A stretch of 62,833 nt of DNA, counting the filler, from Basidiobolus ranarum (lineage: Eukaryota), in assembly GCA_040143965.1 (NCBI GenBank). It is 4 parts of 4 records of this genome, joined end to end, with 100 filler letters (N's around TTAATTAATTAA, not from the genome) between each part and the next. Parts side by side here need not be neighbours in the genome. Positions count along the whole stretch, not along the records: positions 1 to 15,731 come from JASJQH010000370.1; positions 15,832 to 31,444 come from JASJQH010000371.1; 2 more parts are not named here. One strand, given 5' to 3'. This document shows, piece after piece, positions 10,991 to 21,350 of this stretch (position 1 is the first letter of the stretch; the number at the start of each line of letters is the position of its first letter). The translations under genes were made by a program, and so were the position numbers. Under the pieces are notes generated by a model. That model was not told the DNA's origin. It searched no databases and saw only the letters and a program-made list of their open reading frames with translations.

Positions 10991-12390
10991 TCAAATTTTG
11001 CTTGCCTTCAACTTTGAGCTTATTTCAACACTTTGGAAAGTACCAACTGGGGTTGGAGAGCCATGAGTTTTATTTTCTGGTGATTTGGCTTGTTCAGAGG
11101 TGCCAGGTGTTAGATGAACTTCCAAATTTAGTACTCTTCCAACTGGTGTGCATGGATGCGTGGTGAAAATAAGCTTTCTTGCCTGTATATCTGACTCTGG
11201 AAATGCAGATCTTTGTAATGGTGTGGAGAATTTGGTAAGTAGGACAGTAGAGCCTAAACTCACAGGCTCTTCTGCTTTACCCTTGGGTTTACTAACTTCC
11301 TGCTCCTTAAGCACTTCTTTAGCTGTTTTTCTTTCTTTTCCAAGTCAATAATTGCACACTTTTTTGAGATGTTTCATGAATAGGCCTAGACCAGCCAATT
11401 GGCATTTGCATGCAAAAACCCACAATAGGCAACACAAATTAAGTCAAGAACTTTCAGAGTAGCACCTGGTTTTTAGTTTTTCCACAATTGGCTCAAATCC
11501 AGGTGATTTTGGGCAAGATTCCAAACAGTTTCCAAACTGTTAAACCACTCATTATCAAAGCAAGTGAAGGCGGCTCTGACATTTGGAGTCTTTTGGTTTG
11601 CTGAGTTTCCAATGAGATATCATATTTCATGTGCCCAAGCAATTTCATGTTGTTGTGTAGGCTTAATGGTTCAACACATATTGTGCTCTGCTAGATAGTC
11701 ACAGTGACACTCATATGTATGGTGTGGGATTGATTGAATTCTATATGAGAATGGACAGTGGGAGCTGCATATTGGTGTGGCTCAAGTACAGCATTCCAAA
11801 GGTCTAGTATCATTCTTGAGTGACTCTCTAACTGTTAACTAGTTGCTTTCAAATGCTGTATTGATTGCAATATTGCATCATTATTACTTATCATGGCCTG
11901 TATAGCAACTTTGTAGTTTTTACTTCTGATGGCATACAAATCATTATGGTGTTCTCACTGCAAATCCCTTGTTGTGATAATTGTATCCAAATTTTCTGCA
12001 GAGAGTTGTTCAATCATGGGTCAAGTTGCCATTTTGGAAGTTGATGGTCTTGATGTTGTTTTGGCTGAACTTTGCTCAACTATTGATTTACTATGTAATG
12101 AGGGATTACAATCTCTTTACTTGTACTATGGCTGGAAAGGAACACATCTGGCAAATTGATTAATGCTTCATCATTATTTGAGTTAGTTTTAGGTATTTTA
12201 ATGCCTTTCAAAGTGAATAGTAGATTGATAGACTGCTTGTCAATAAAGTCCTCTATTCTTGCTGGTTTTTTTCCTTTTGTGCCTGTAGGCTTTGGCTTGG
12301 AAACAAATTTTGACTTGGATTTTGAACACATTTTGAATGGCATTGAAATTTTCAGATGGTAAACTTGATGTAATGAAATTGCTTAGAAAC
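10991..12390 (-). pseudogene. Accessory ORF of the transposon (unknown function, S/T/P-rich plus coiled-coil-like segment), divergent from the transposase
   Basis: Same reading frame recoverable in four copies (6330-6845, 7939-8892, 8893-9670, here); broken by stops. Confidence 0.65.
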
Positions 12391-12479
12391 AGCTTATAAT
12401 AAACCAAAATAGCCATCCATTACCGGAAATGTCCTGCAAATCCCCTGCTGACTCATCTGTGACACCGTCTCAGAATCAG

Positions 12480-15070
12480 CTGATGATATTGATGGCCTAT
12501 ACCTAAAATACCACCCTTACGAGGGAGGTGTTCTTTTTTGTACAATATCCTTCTCATGCTGCGACACAAACATTTAAAGAAGCCCTGCTATTATTGTTGC
12601 AAATTCTTGTGCTATGAAAGCCAGAGGCTTCATAGAAAAAATAATCACAAGCACGGTCACTGTACAAAGCCGCCAGCTGCACAAAGCCTGGTGTATAACA
12701 AAGTAATAAGTGCACTAATCAACTTTAGTTTTGCCTATTGAGTCCACTGACTGTAGTTTGCCTCAAAGTTTTGGTGGACAATGGTTTTGTTACGGACTCT
12801 TTGTTATTGGCAAATATTAGTCAACTCAAAACACTTACAATAAAGGAAGCAGCTTTGATTATTGAGGAGTGGTGAGTTCAATCCAATCTGAGCAGCCAGG
12901 TGTTTATTAGCTTTCTTACACTTTGACCACAGTTGATTGGCAACTGTTGCTTGCCACAGACCTGGTACAAGTGGAAAACACTTGTCAATTGTATGACTTA
13001 AAATCCTTTGGTAATTGAACTACCTTCATGTCCAAATGGTTGTATGCCTTTCACTGGTGATCTGAAAAACCTGAAGTCATGTACTGTTTGCACACAATTG
13101 GCAATCACTGAATCAGGTAAATATTATTCATATTTGGCTCACAGACCATGGATTTCCTGTCTTTAAGTTTTGATGAAATCACCCAAATATAGATCATTCA
13201 TCCAATACCAAAGCACTCACCATAAAGCTGATAGTATTACTCATATACTCAATGGTTATTAGTACCAGAATCTGAAAGGTCAAGGTTTCTTCGAGAACCT
13301 GTATGATCATGCATTTGCACTGGCTCTTGATGGTTTCTCACTAAACAAATATATCATTGGAAAGGCTTGCTGGCCCATAATTTAATTAACTTAAATCTTC
13401 CTCCTTCTGAATGGTATAAGGGTCATAATATTTGGGTACTATCCACCATATCTAACCTAAATCACCAGTGCTCATATAGATTGCTTCTTGGTGCCTTTGA
13501 TTGCAGAATTTTAATGGTTATCTAATGGGGTTTAGATGAGTGAATATTTTATTAACGCTAATATTATTGTATGTATTGGTGACACTTCTGCCATCAGTAA
13601 ACTTGGAGATTTTTGCTGGCACAATGCAATATCTTGCTGTAGATTTTGTCAAATCAATGGAGTCTACTCAATCAGGCATATGCTTTACTACTATCCAAAT
13701 ACAACGCTAAACTCCATGATTTTACCATTAAGTGCCTGGTCAGATTTCAAAATGATCACTGATATCAATTCACCAAATAGTGAGTCTAACATCAAACTTG
13801 GGATTAGACATAAGCCTAAGATTATATTGCTGAAGGAGGTCAGTTGGAGCCAGAGCTTCCCATCAGGCACTATGCACTTATTATTCAACAACATTCCAAT
13901 ACTACTTACTTAGCTATATAGTGCAAAATTCATTATGTATGAGCCATTTGAGATAGGATCAAAGTTTGAATCAATTGGGAAAATGCTTGAACATGTCAAG
14001 ATACCATCATATTTTACCAGGACTCCCATCAATAACCACTCATCTAGGCATTTATTCAAATACAAAGACTGGAAGTATAGGATTGGTATATATTCAAGTG
14101 GAATCTTGAAAAGATCTCTGACTGATAAGTATTGGCAACATTGGGAGTTGTTTATGGATATTGTTAATATATTCTTGTGGCATCAACTCACATTGGCAGA
14201 TCTCAGGCAGATATAGTGACTGTGCCAAGATTTTGTATTTGAATATGAAAAACTTTATTACAGGTTTAAAGAAGATAGACTGAATCTATGCCAGTATTGA
14301 ATACATTCCCTGCTGCATCTCTCACAATGTTTAGAGATTATAGGCCCTTGCTATACATTCTGGGAGTTCCCAATGGAGCACACCTGCTGTGAAATGATGC
14401 TCCATGCAAAATCGTCAATATTACCTTATGCTAATCTGATTAATAATGTATCAGCAAAATCAGTGATTCATGTAATGCAATGGGTTAAAGAGACTCCAGA
14501 GTATATTAATCTTCCAACAAAGGGCTTTCTTCAATGTGCTCATGGGTTTTCACATTGTGTGAGCACAATAACAGCAACAAAGACCAATCCATGGACGCAG
14601 AGTAAGTACCTCTATAATTTGGACTAACTTGTTTGTGTAATCATCTAACAGTATTTCTGTGAAAGCTGCAGTACAGACTTCTTGGTGAGATAGATGGAGA
14701 TATACAGTATTATTGTTTTAGCCATGGGGTAATCTATTCAAGCAATGACACATCTACTTGTGTCAGGACATTTGTTGACTGCAAGTTGGGGATATATTGG
14801 CTGAATTCTTTACCAAAATTTGCCAAAATCCAAGAGCTTATTCTCATTGTGAATGGTAAAAGAGTCAGTTATTTGCCAAGCATTGGTGATATTCAAAACT
14901 TTAGATATTTAGCTATCTCTCCACAATTAGTTTGCTGGGGGCATATTGCTGTTGTTGAGTTATGTCTGATCAGTCAAGTACATGCACATGTAGAGACTAA
15001 ACACAACAAGATTCTTGTATTTTTTGATTCTCTTTACATCTGGAAAACAAAGCCTAAAATAACTAAATAA
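12480..15070 (+). pseudogene. Tnp2/Transposase_21-like DDE transposase pseudogene
   Basis: FALALDGFS, CWPII/LNLPPSE, GDTSAISK..F.WHNAISCCRFCQING, MHLLFNN, YTFWEFPMEH motifs in order. Confidence 0.85.
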
Positions 15071-15420
15071 AGGTATGTGCATTATTTCAAATTACTACAG
15101 CAGTAAACCCAATAATTTGCCATTTGAAAATTATATTTTGCAAAAATTGCCAGAAATTAATAACAAATGCCAAATATGTGGATCAATATTTTAACATATA
15201 TGAATACCATTATAATACCATCAAGAAACTGCCATCACACAATCAAAATCCCTGGCAGATTGCAAGTCACCGATATTGAGATGGTTTCTGACAGTTTAGC
15301 AATTTAGAAAGGTGGATCTGATCCAGATCAAATCGATTTTATTTTTGTTAGGGATAAGATCATGCATTTGCATTGGCTCTGAATGGTTTCTCACCAAACA
15401 AATATGGAGTTGGAAAGGCT

Positions 15421-15731
15421 TGTTGATAGTCTGGTGACTTGTGATAAAAGCAGTAATTCCTAAAGAGGAAAATATGGAATATGGTGACTGCATCTGAACA
15501 CAAAGTCTAAGGCCAATCAGTTGCTTATATAGCTGAAATGCCAAAGTACCATACATTGACAGCCTAGGTTAAGGTTCCCTAGCAATATAGGCATAGCATA
15601 CAAGGACTGGTAGCTCAGTGGTTAGACCACCTTGCTAAAGTGAAGCAGGTCCCAGGCTCAAATCCTGGCCAGACCAATATTTCTCCCTAAATAAATTCAA
15701 TAAAGCTTGCTGTCCAATAATTCAAATTAAC
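15421..15731 (+). mobile_element. Probable LTR (~311 bp) containing a tRNA-like sequence
   Basis: Starts TGTTGA where transposon homology stops; CCAAT 15513, TATATA 15526, two AATAAA ~15689-15704; ends TTAAC at the contig break. Confidence 0.5.
15604..15676 (+). tRNA. Degenerate tRNA / tRNA-derived sequence (nominal anticodon AAA; isotype unreliable)
   Basis: 73-nt cloverleaf spacing: GGACTGG/CCAGACC acceptor 6/7, TAGCTCAGTGG A box, perfect CCAGG/CCTGG T stem; mismatched D and anticodon stems, B box mutated (GGCTCAAAT). Confidence 0.75.
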
Positions 15732-15831
15732 NNNNNNNNNNNNNNNNNNNNNNNNNNNNNNNNNNNNNNNNNNNNTTAATTAATTAANNNNNNNNNNNNN
15801 NNNNNNNNNNNNNNNNNNNNNNNNNNNNNNN
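15732..15831. other. Artificial contig linker
   Basis: 100 nt: N44-TTAATTAATTAA-N44, stops in six frames. Confidence 0.97.
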
Positions 15832-17022
15832 CTGTAGAATTTATTCCCTTTCAAAGACTGAGATACTGAACACCCGGTTTATCGTCATTGAGTGAAATGA
15901 AAACAAGCGTAACCTATTATATATATACATCACTAGCATATGAAGGTTCGTTTAACCCATGCTGCTTCCATATCTTAACATGGACATTCTTAATTTTTCA
16001 CTGTATCTCATTCTTCAATAACAGTCTATTGGTTATCATCTAGAATGTTCAAGTTTTCTAACGCTGAATTCCTTTAATTAGCGAAAAAGATGGCTTATAA
16101 ATTACATACATATAATTTCCTAAAGTGAAGAGAACGTGAGCAGGCCATATTATTGGATTCGATATGCATCATATAGTATAGTTGACAACTCCAACCAAGT
16201 GGCTATCCACAACCTTCCTTTTCAGGTAGATTTCTGGAATGTTGAACATATACTAGCGTTTTAACATACAAGCTTATTCTTGTGAATGTACTACCAATTC
16301 TAGAAGTATTCCGTATGTGTCAATGGATGTAGATGATGGTGTGACAAACAATAATTACTTCTCTACGTGAAAAATACTTTAAAAAATTAGTTAAAAGCAA
16401 AGCAAAACATTACTGGTTCCGTATTATGACGCACATAGAGTCCACCAATTGAGCGAGATAAAAAGGTTTGAATACTCTAGTATAGCTTATTCATTTCAGT
16501 TCAGTTGATATAATGTTGTTTGTCTCAGTTCTTTATTCAGCAACATCAAAGCGCACAAACTTTTTTAAAGGATTCGCCATACTAAACCTTTTAATCCACT
16601 CCTTCCAGAACATTTCCTTACATAGTAACCGAAGCCTATTTACTCCCTGCCGGTAGGCTTAAGAACTTGAAATATACTAGTTTGCCTGCATAGAATATAG
16701 GTATTGTGGATTTATACAGTCTGCACTATATTTCAGAACTTCTAGAACATGCAGCGTAAGTTAGGGTAGTCATCTACATGGGGTGTGTAGTAATGTGTAA
16801 ATAAATTTTGGGTGAAAAGGGCTAATTTCTAGTTTGGAAATGATAGCACTGACTATCCGATTATTGCTGGGGAGATTACCTAGACATCACTGGTCAACAA
16901 TTATTGCTTTTAGTTGAGTGCTACAAAGACATTGGTATAAAAAAGACATGTAGACTCTGTTAAAGTTTGTCAGATATTCCTTCTATTATAGTAATCTTCA
17001 TTACTCTTTCCTCCGTTAAACG

Positions 17023-18099
17023 ATGAAATTTTCTACTACTTTGATTCTAGCCATCTCCAGTATCTTCTCCATTGTTCTAGGCCAAGACCATTCGAATCAT
17101 GGAGGTACAAGTCCCGCACCCAACAATAGTACTCTTCCTATGGACAGTCCGTGCTATACTGATCCCACAAGTGCAACTTGTGCAGATTTCAAGATGGAGG
17201 GTGCTACTTTAGATGCTAGTATTCTAAGTCTTTGTAAAGCTATGTCATACATGCCTGGATGTAGCGTTAATAAAATATGTACCGACTCGCCTACCTATAG
17301 TGCTAAACCTTGGTGCAGTAAGATGTCGATTGTGGCTAATGTCTGCCAAAATGACATGCCAAAGATGGCCGGGTGCAAAGCTTGGGTTTCATTATGCGGA
17401 AATAGCACCTCCGTAGTGAAGCAATGCAAAAGTGAACCAGAGATTTCCAACATTCCAACCACCGCAGAAGCCTCGGCATTAATCAACAGCATCTGTACCG
17501 AGATGAATATGCCAGGATGTGACAAATGTCTAGCTGTTCCTAAAGCTTGTGATAATATCTCTACTTATTCCGATTTGTGCAAGTCTATGCCCGAGATGAG
17601 CCAGTGCAAAAAATGGTCCACTATGTGCCAAGCCACTCCTGATCTCCCTTTCTGTACTAGTGGCACTACTAGCAGCGGAGAGCCTGCTCCATCCATGATC
17701 ATGTATTTCCACACTGGTATTCACGAGTACATTTTATTCAAGAATTTGATCCCCAAGACTAGTGGTCAATTGGCAGGAGCTTGGTTTGCTATTTTCTTCA
17801 TTGGTGTGCTTTACGAAGGATTTGGTGTTTTCCGCGGAAACCTCGAGTCCAAGTGGGCAATTACTAACCAACCTTGCTCTTCATTATCTTTGGGCTCCTT
17901 TACCGCCAGCTTACCACGTGATTTTATCAGATTGGCCATGAGATTTGTCGATGCTACTGTTGGTTATTGTCTCATGTTGATTACCATGACATTCAATGTA
18001 GCATTATTCTTCTCTGTCATTGCTGGATTAGCAGTTGGTAGTTTTTTGTTTGCCAAATTCCGATCAGTCTCAGTTGAACCTAAAGCTGGTTGTCATTAA
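17023..18099 (+). CDS. Ctr-family copper transporter with signal peptide and Cys/Met-repeat ectodomain
   Basis: MIMYFHTG..ILF, MLITM (MxxxM), GLAVG (GxxxG), C-terminal GCH; four CxxMxxMxxC-like motifs; intronless. Confidence 0.93.
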   Translation: MKFSTTLILAISSIFSIVLGQDHSNHGGTSPAPNNSTLPMDSPCYTDPTSATCADFKMEGATLDASILSLCKAMSYMPGCSVNKICTDSPTYSAKPWCSKMSIVANVCQNDMPKMAGCKAWVSLCGNSTSVVKQCKSEPEISNIPTTAEASALINSICTEMNMPGCDKCLAVPKACDNISTYSDLCKSMPEMSQCKKWSTMCQATPDLPFCTSGTTSSGEPAPSMIMYFHTGIHEYILFKNLIPKTSGQLAGAWFAIFFIGVLYEGFGVFRGNLESKWAITNQPCSSLSLGSFTASLPRDFIRLAMRFVDATVGYCLMLITMTFNVALFFSVIAGLAVGSFLFAKFRSVSVEPKAGCH

Positions 18100-19047
18100 A
18101 TATTCCTCGGGATTCAACATTTCTTCATCCCTTCAATCTATTGAAACCTACATACACATATACTTGATGGGGTGGGAATTATTTACCTGTTTCCATTCTA
18201 ACACCATCATGAGTTTAACCATTGCAATTGTTCTAATTATCTTTGCCACTATTGTTAATCCTTAATAAATGTGCTATTTAACATCGTTTGTGTTGATTAT
18301 TATGTCATGACAATTGGATAAAAACTATATGGGTACAGCTTCGACCCCATTATTTTTGGTTTATGCAGCAGAAAAGTTAATTCACGTTGCTTCAATATTA
18401 CGGCTGTTGACGCAGATGGTTTTTATTAGGTAATTTCCCACGTCCTGCATCTTTCAGTCTTGGTGGGCGTCAGCATACTAGCGGTGTCAATAGTCAAGCC
18501 TAAAGCTTCACCATGGTACGTACTTTCTTTACATATGCCAAGTTGCCAACAGATAAAGCAGCTCAGAAAGTATATCACATTCGCTTCCACCGAAAGATGA
18601 ACGAGATGGCACTATAGATTAAACCCATTTTTTTACTAATTATTTAAAAGAAATCAACGAACGAATTAATCCGAACAAAAATGAATAGTTCACAAAACTT
18701 GGGAATGAGTACTAAGATTAAAAAAAAGAAGAAAAGAAAACACTTCAAAGTATGGCACAAATGGATAAAGATCTAATGAATTTAGTCAAATAGAATTTAC
18801 AGGTCGTTAGCGGCAATCTCATGGTGAACATTGAGTACGGGTATTTCTGGTCTGACACTTTTCCGGTAAAGAGTGTATCCAGCAATGACCGTGACTTACT
18901 ATCTAGACTGCCATCTAATTTAGCAGTCGTATTGGCTCTGTGTGCTACAAATCGTTCACACCGAAGACTGAAGTATAAAAAGGGTACCTATATTTGGGAA
19001 CAAACTCCCTAACCACCAGAGGTAGCTGAGGTATCATAACCAGAGGC

Positions 19048-20064
19048 TCAGTACTGAAAAGAGTTTTGCCTTTTATTCCAACCATTCGGAATTGCCATGG
19101 GCATTGACATTACCATGGATGGATGTTCGAGATCAGCTATGGACGGATTACTTGCAGAGTGCGGATAGTCATAAAATATTTGAGAACCCAGTGTAGATGG
19201 GTATGAGAAGTGGCGCGACAATCGTGGATTCTGAGGCGGTGGCTGCGATTGAAAGTCCATTATGGAAGAATAGTCTAATCCATGGCACATATCGCCATTC
19301 TGTTCACCCGTATCTCGATAACCCACACCACCATCATCCAGCAAATACTCGTAGTTGGAGCAATTGTTGTCCGGAAAACCGTTGCCATAAGACATTCCTT
19401 CCTCGGCATTAAGAGATAGTAGCACTGCACCTGGATTGTGCTCATTCTTGGTGTGCTTGACTTGAATATTCTCCGACCCTTCGCCGTTGGTGGATATTTT
19501 GTATTCATTAACTATAGCAGGTTTATTCATGGAATCACTGCTACGAAAACCGTCATTAGACAATGCAAAAGTGATGATTCCTGGATAAACACTCGTACCT
19601 GGTATTTGGTGCTGATTTTCTCCTCTACAAGATTCAAAAGAGAAAGATGAGCTTGGTTATCAAAAACAAATAACATTTCTGGCACTTACCCTATTGTCAA
19701 CTGTCTTGAATTCCTTGCGGTAATACTTTTCTATCAGCCCTTCTGGATCGTCAACCGATGAATACTACAGGAGGGTGATTAGAAAATCAATTTGGAGACG
19801 GTTAGAAACCATGTATGAAAGAGTAATTACAATATGGCATGCATCTTTCGCATCAAACATCATCAGCACCACTTTACATTCACAAAGAACGGCCAGCTCA
19901 TGTGCCTTCTTAATCAGACCACATCTTCTGCGACTAAATGTGACATTCTTTTGCCTTTCATTCTCAATTGTCTTTATCTATATAAACGGTAATTTTTATT
20001 AGGAAAGCAAGGTCGAAAGCTTGGTTGGAGTTCGGTTGTATACCTTAATTTTCTTACGACCCAT
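19048..20064 (-). CDS. MEF2-type MADS-box transcription factor (Rlm1/Smp1-like), about 5 exons
   Basis: MGRKKIK (20064-20044) | IKTIENERQKNVTFSRRRCGLIRKAHELAVLCECKV (19977-19831) | YSSVDDPEGLIEKYY (19764-19690); GT-AG introns; 3' end uncertain. Confidence 0.9.
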
Positions 20065-21169
20065 GACGACCTGCTTATAGAATTGGTTTAAATGTAATCT
20101 ATGGCGAGCTGATAGATGGCAGTATTAAACGGACAATGAAGGAACAGCAGCCGAAAGCAGAGAGAAAGAAAGGAGCGATGAGTTGGTTATTGACCTAACC
20201 ATGAGAAGTGTGCTGCTTATTTATGAATAAGAATTAACTCACCTTGGTAACCATGATTGGGTGACTCTCAACAAATATTTTGTCAACTTGTTCATCCATT
20301 TTCCCATTGGCAGATGAACGGTATATGACTCGATTTCGATTCTAAAACACCTACCTTTTTTCCAAATAGCAGAGCTTTAGTGGCCCATTTCAAATGTAAT
20401 AAATTGAATTTGGATTAGACGTGTTGCGAAGCAACAAAGGGTTTATTTTTAAAACCTATGTAACCAACTCTACCACATAGCTCCCGCCCATCTAATCCGT
20501 TCCAAATCTACTGGCACATATCCCACCTATGAAATTGGCCCGGAAACTGGATTACAAAATCACTCACCAATGAACTCCAATCGCCATTGGGTTAGTGGCA
20601 GGGTTTCTATGATGTCGACAGACTAACTACAAACCATATTCCGTCAGAAAATCAACCCTAACTCGTCATACCTTCGCAGGGACGTGAAGAAATAAGGTTA
20701 GTTTCCTCACACCCACCAATGGAATGCGAGCCAACGCGTTTTTGTCCTCTCAAACACCAGATACCGATTTCAATGTTGTGCAGACCCAGCATTGATTGCA
20801 GGCACAAATTGGATTTTACCTTTAAACCCTGGACCGATACAGATTCAGGATCGGCATTCAGAGATGTTCCAATTGGGGGGGATCTTCTTTTGGAGAGAGG
20901 AAGGCGTACTTTCGTGATGATTACTAAGTTGTGAGCGGCGCGTTACGACCATCTCTAAGTACGAGGTTCTGTGTGATGATGAACAGAGATCTTTCGCAAT
21001 TGAACCTCTGACCTGCATGGAAGGATGAATGTTGCGTCTGTGAACCAGATGCTTGGGTGATCTTTGGTGGGATTTCGCCGGTTTCTTTGATTCTTGACGT
21101 TTTTACTTAATAATAGTTGGCTCGACTGATAGGTGGGAACATGAGGAAGTCATCTAATCAAGTGAATAT

Positions 21170-21350
21170 TTGATGCACGAAAGGGCTTATTTTACTATCC
21201 ACTCTGAATGAAATTACATCGTTCGACTCCTCAGAAAAGAAACTCACTTCATTGGACCCTTCCATAGGAGGCTCATTATTGAAAGAACTTATTTTTATGG
21301 AGCATGGTTTACTAAACCCATCAAGTGACATTTGTGTCAGTAACTCAAAC
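21170..21350 (+). pseudogene. Possible decayed leucine-rich-repeat gene fragment
   Basis: LNEITSFDSSEKKLTSLDPSIGGSLLKEL resembles an LRR unit; flanked by stops. Confidence 0.25.

Larger units (their letters stand above)
10765..15353 (+). mobile_element. Near full-length (4589 bp) CMC/EnSpm-like DNA transposon with TIRs and 4-bp TSD; decayed
   Basis: Termini CCCTAAC.../...GTTAGGG, TSD ATAA at 10761-10764 and 15354-15357, subterminal inverted match (10794-10811 vs 15275-15290). Confidence 0.88.

Noticed and set aside
15604-15676. Functional tRNA-Phe(AAA)
   Set aside because: Broken D and anticodon stems, mutated B box, hypermutated context; anticodon not trustworthy
15776-15787. TTAATTAATTAA palindrome recurring three times
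   Set aside because: Synthetic six-frame-stop linker inside N runs
275-18099. Copper locus linking the DDCC peptide and the Ctr transporter
   Set aside because: They lie on different contigs separated by an artificial linker; contigs appear size-sorted, so there is no evidence of linkage
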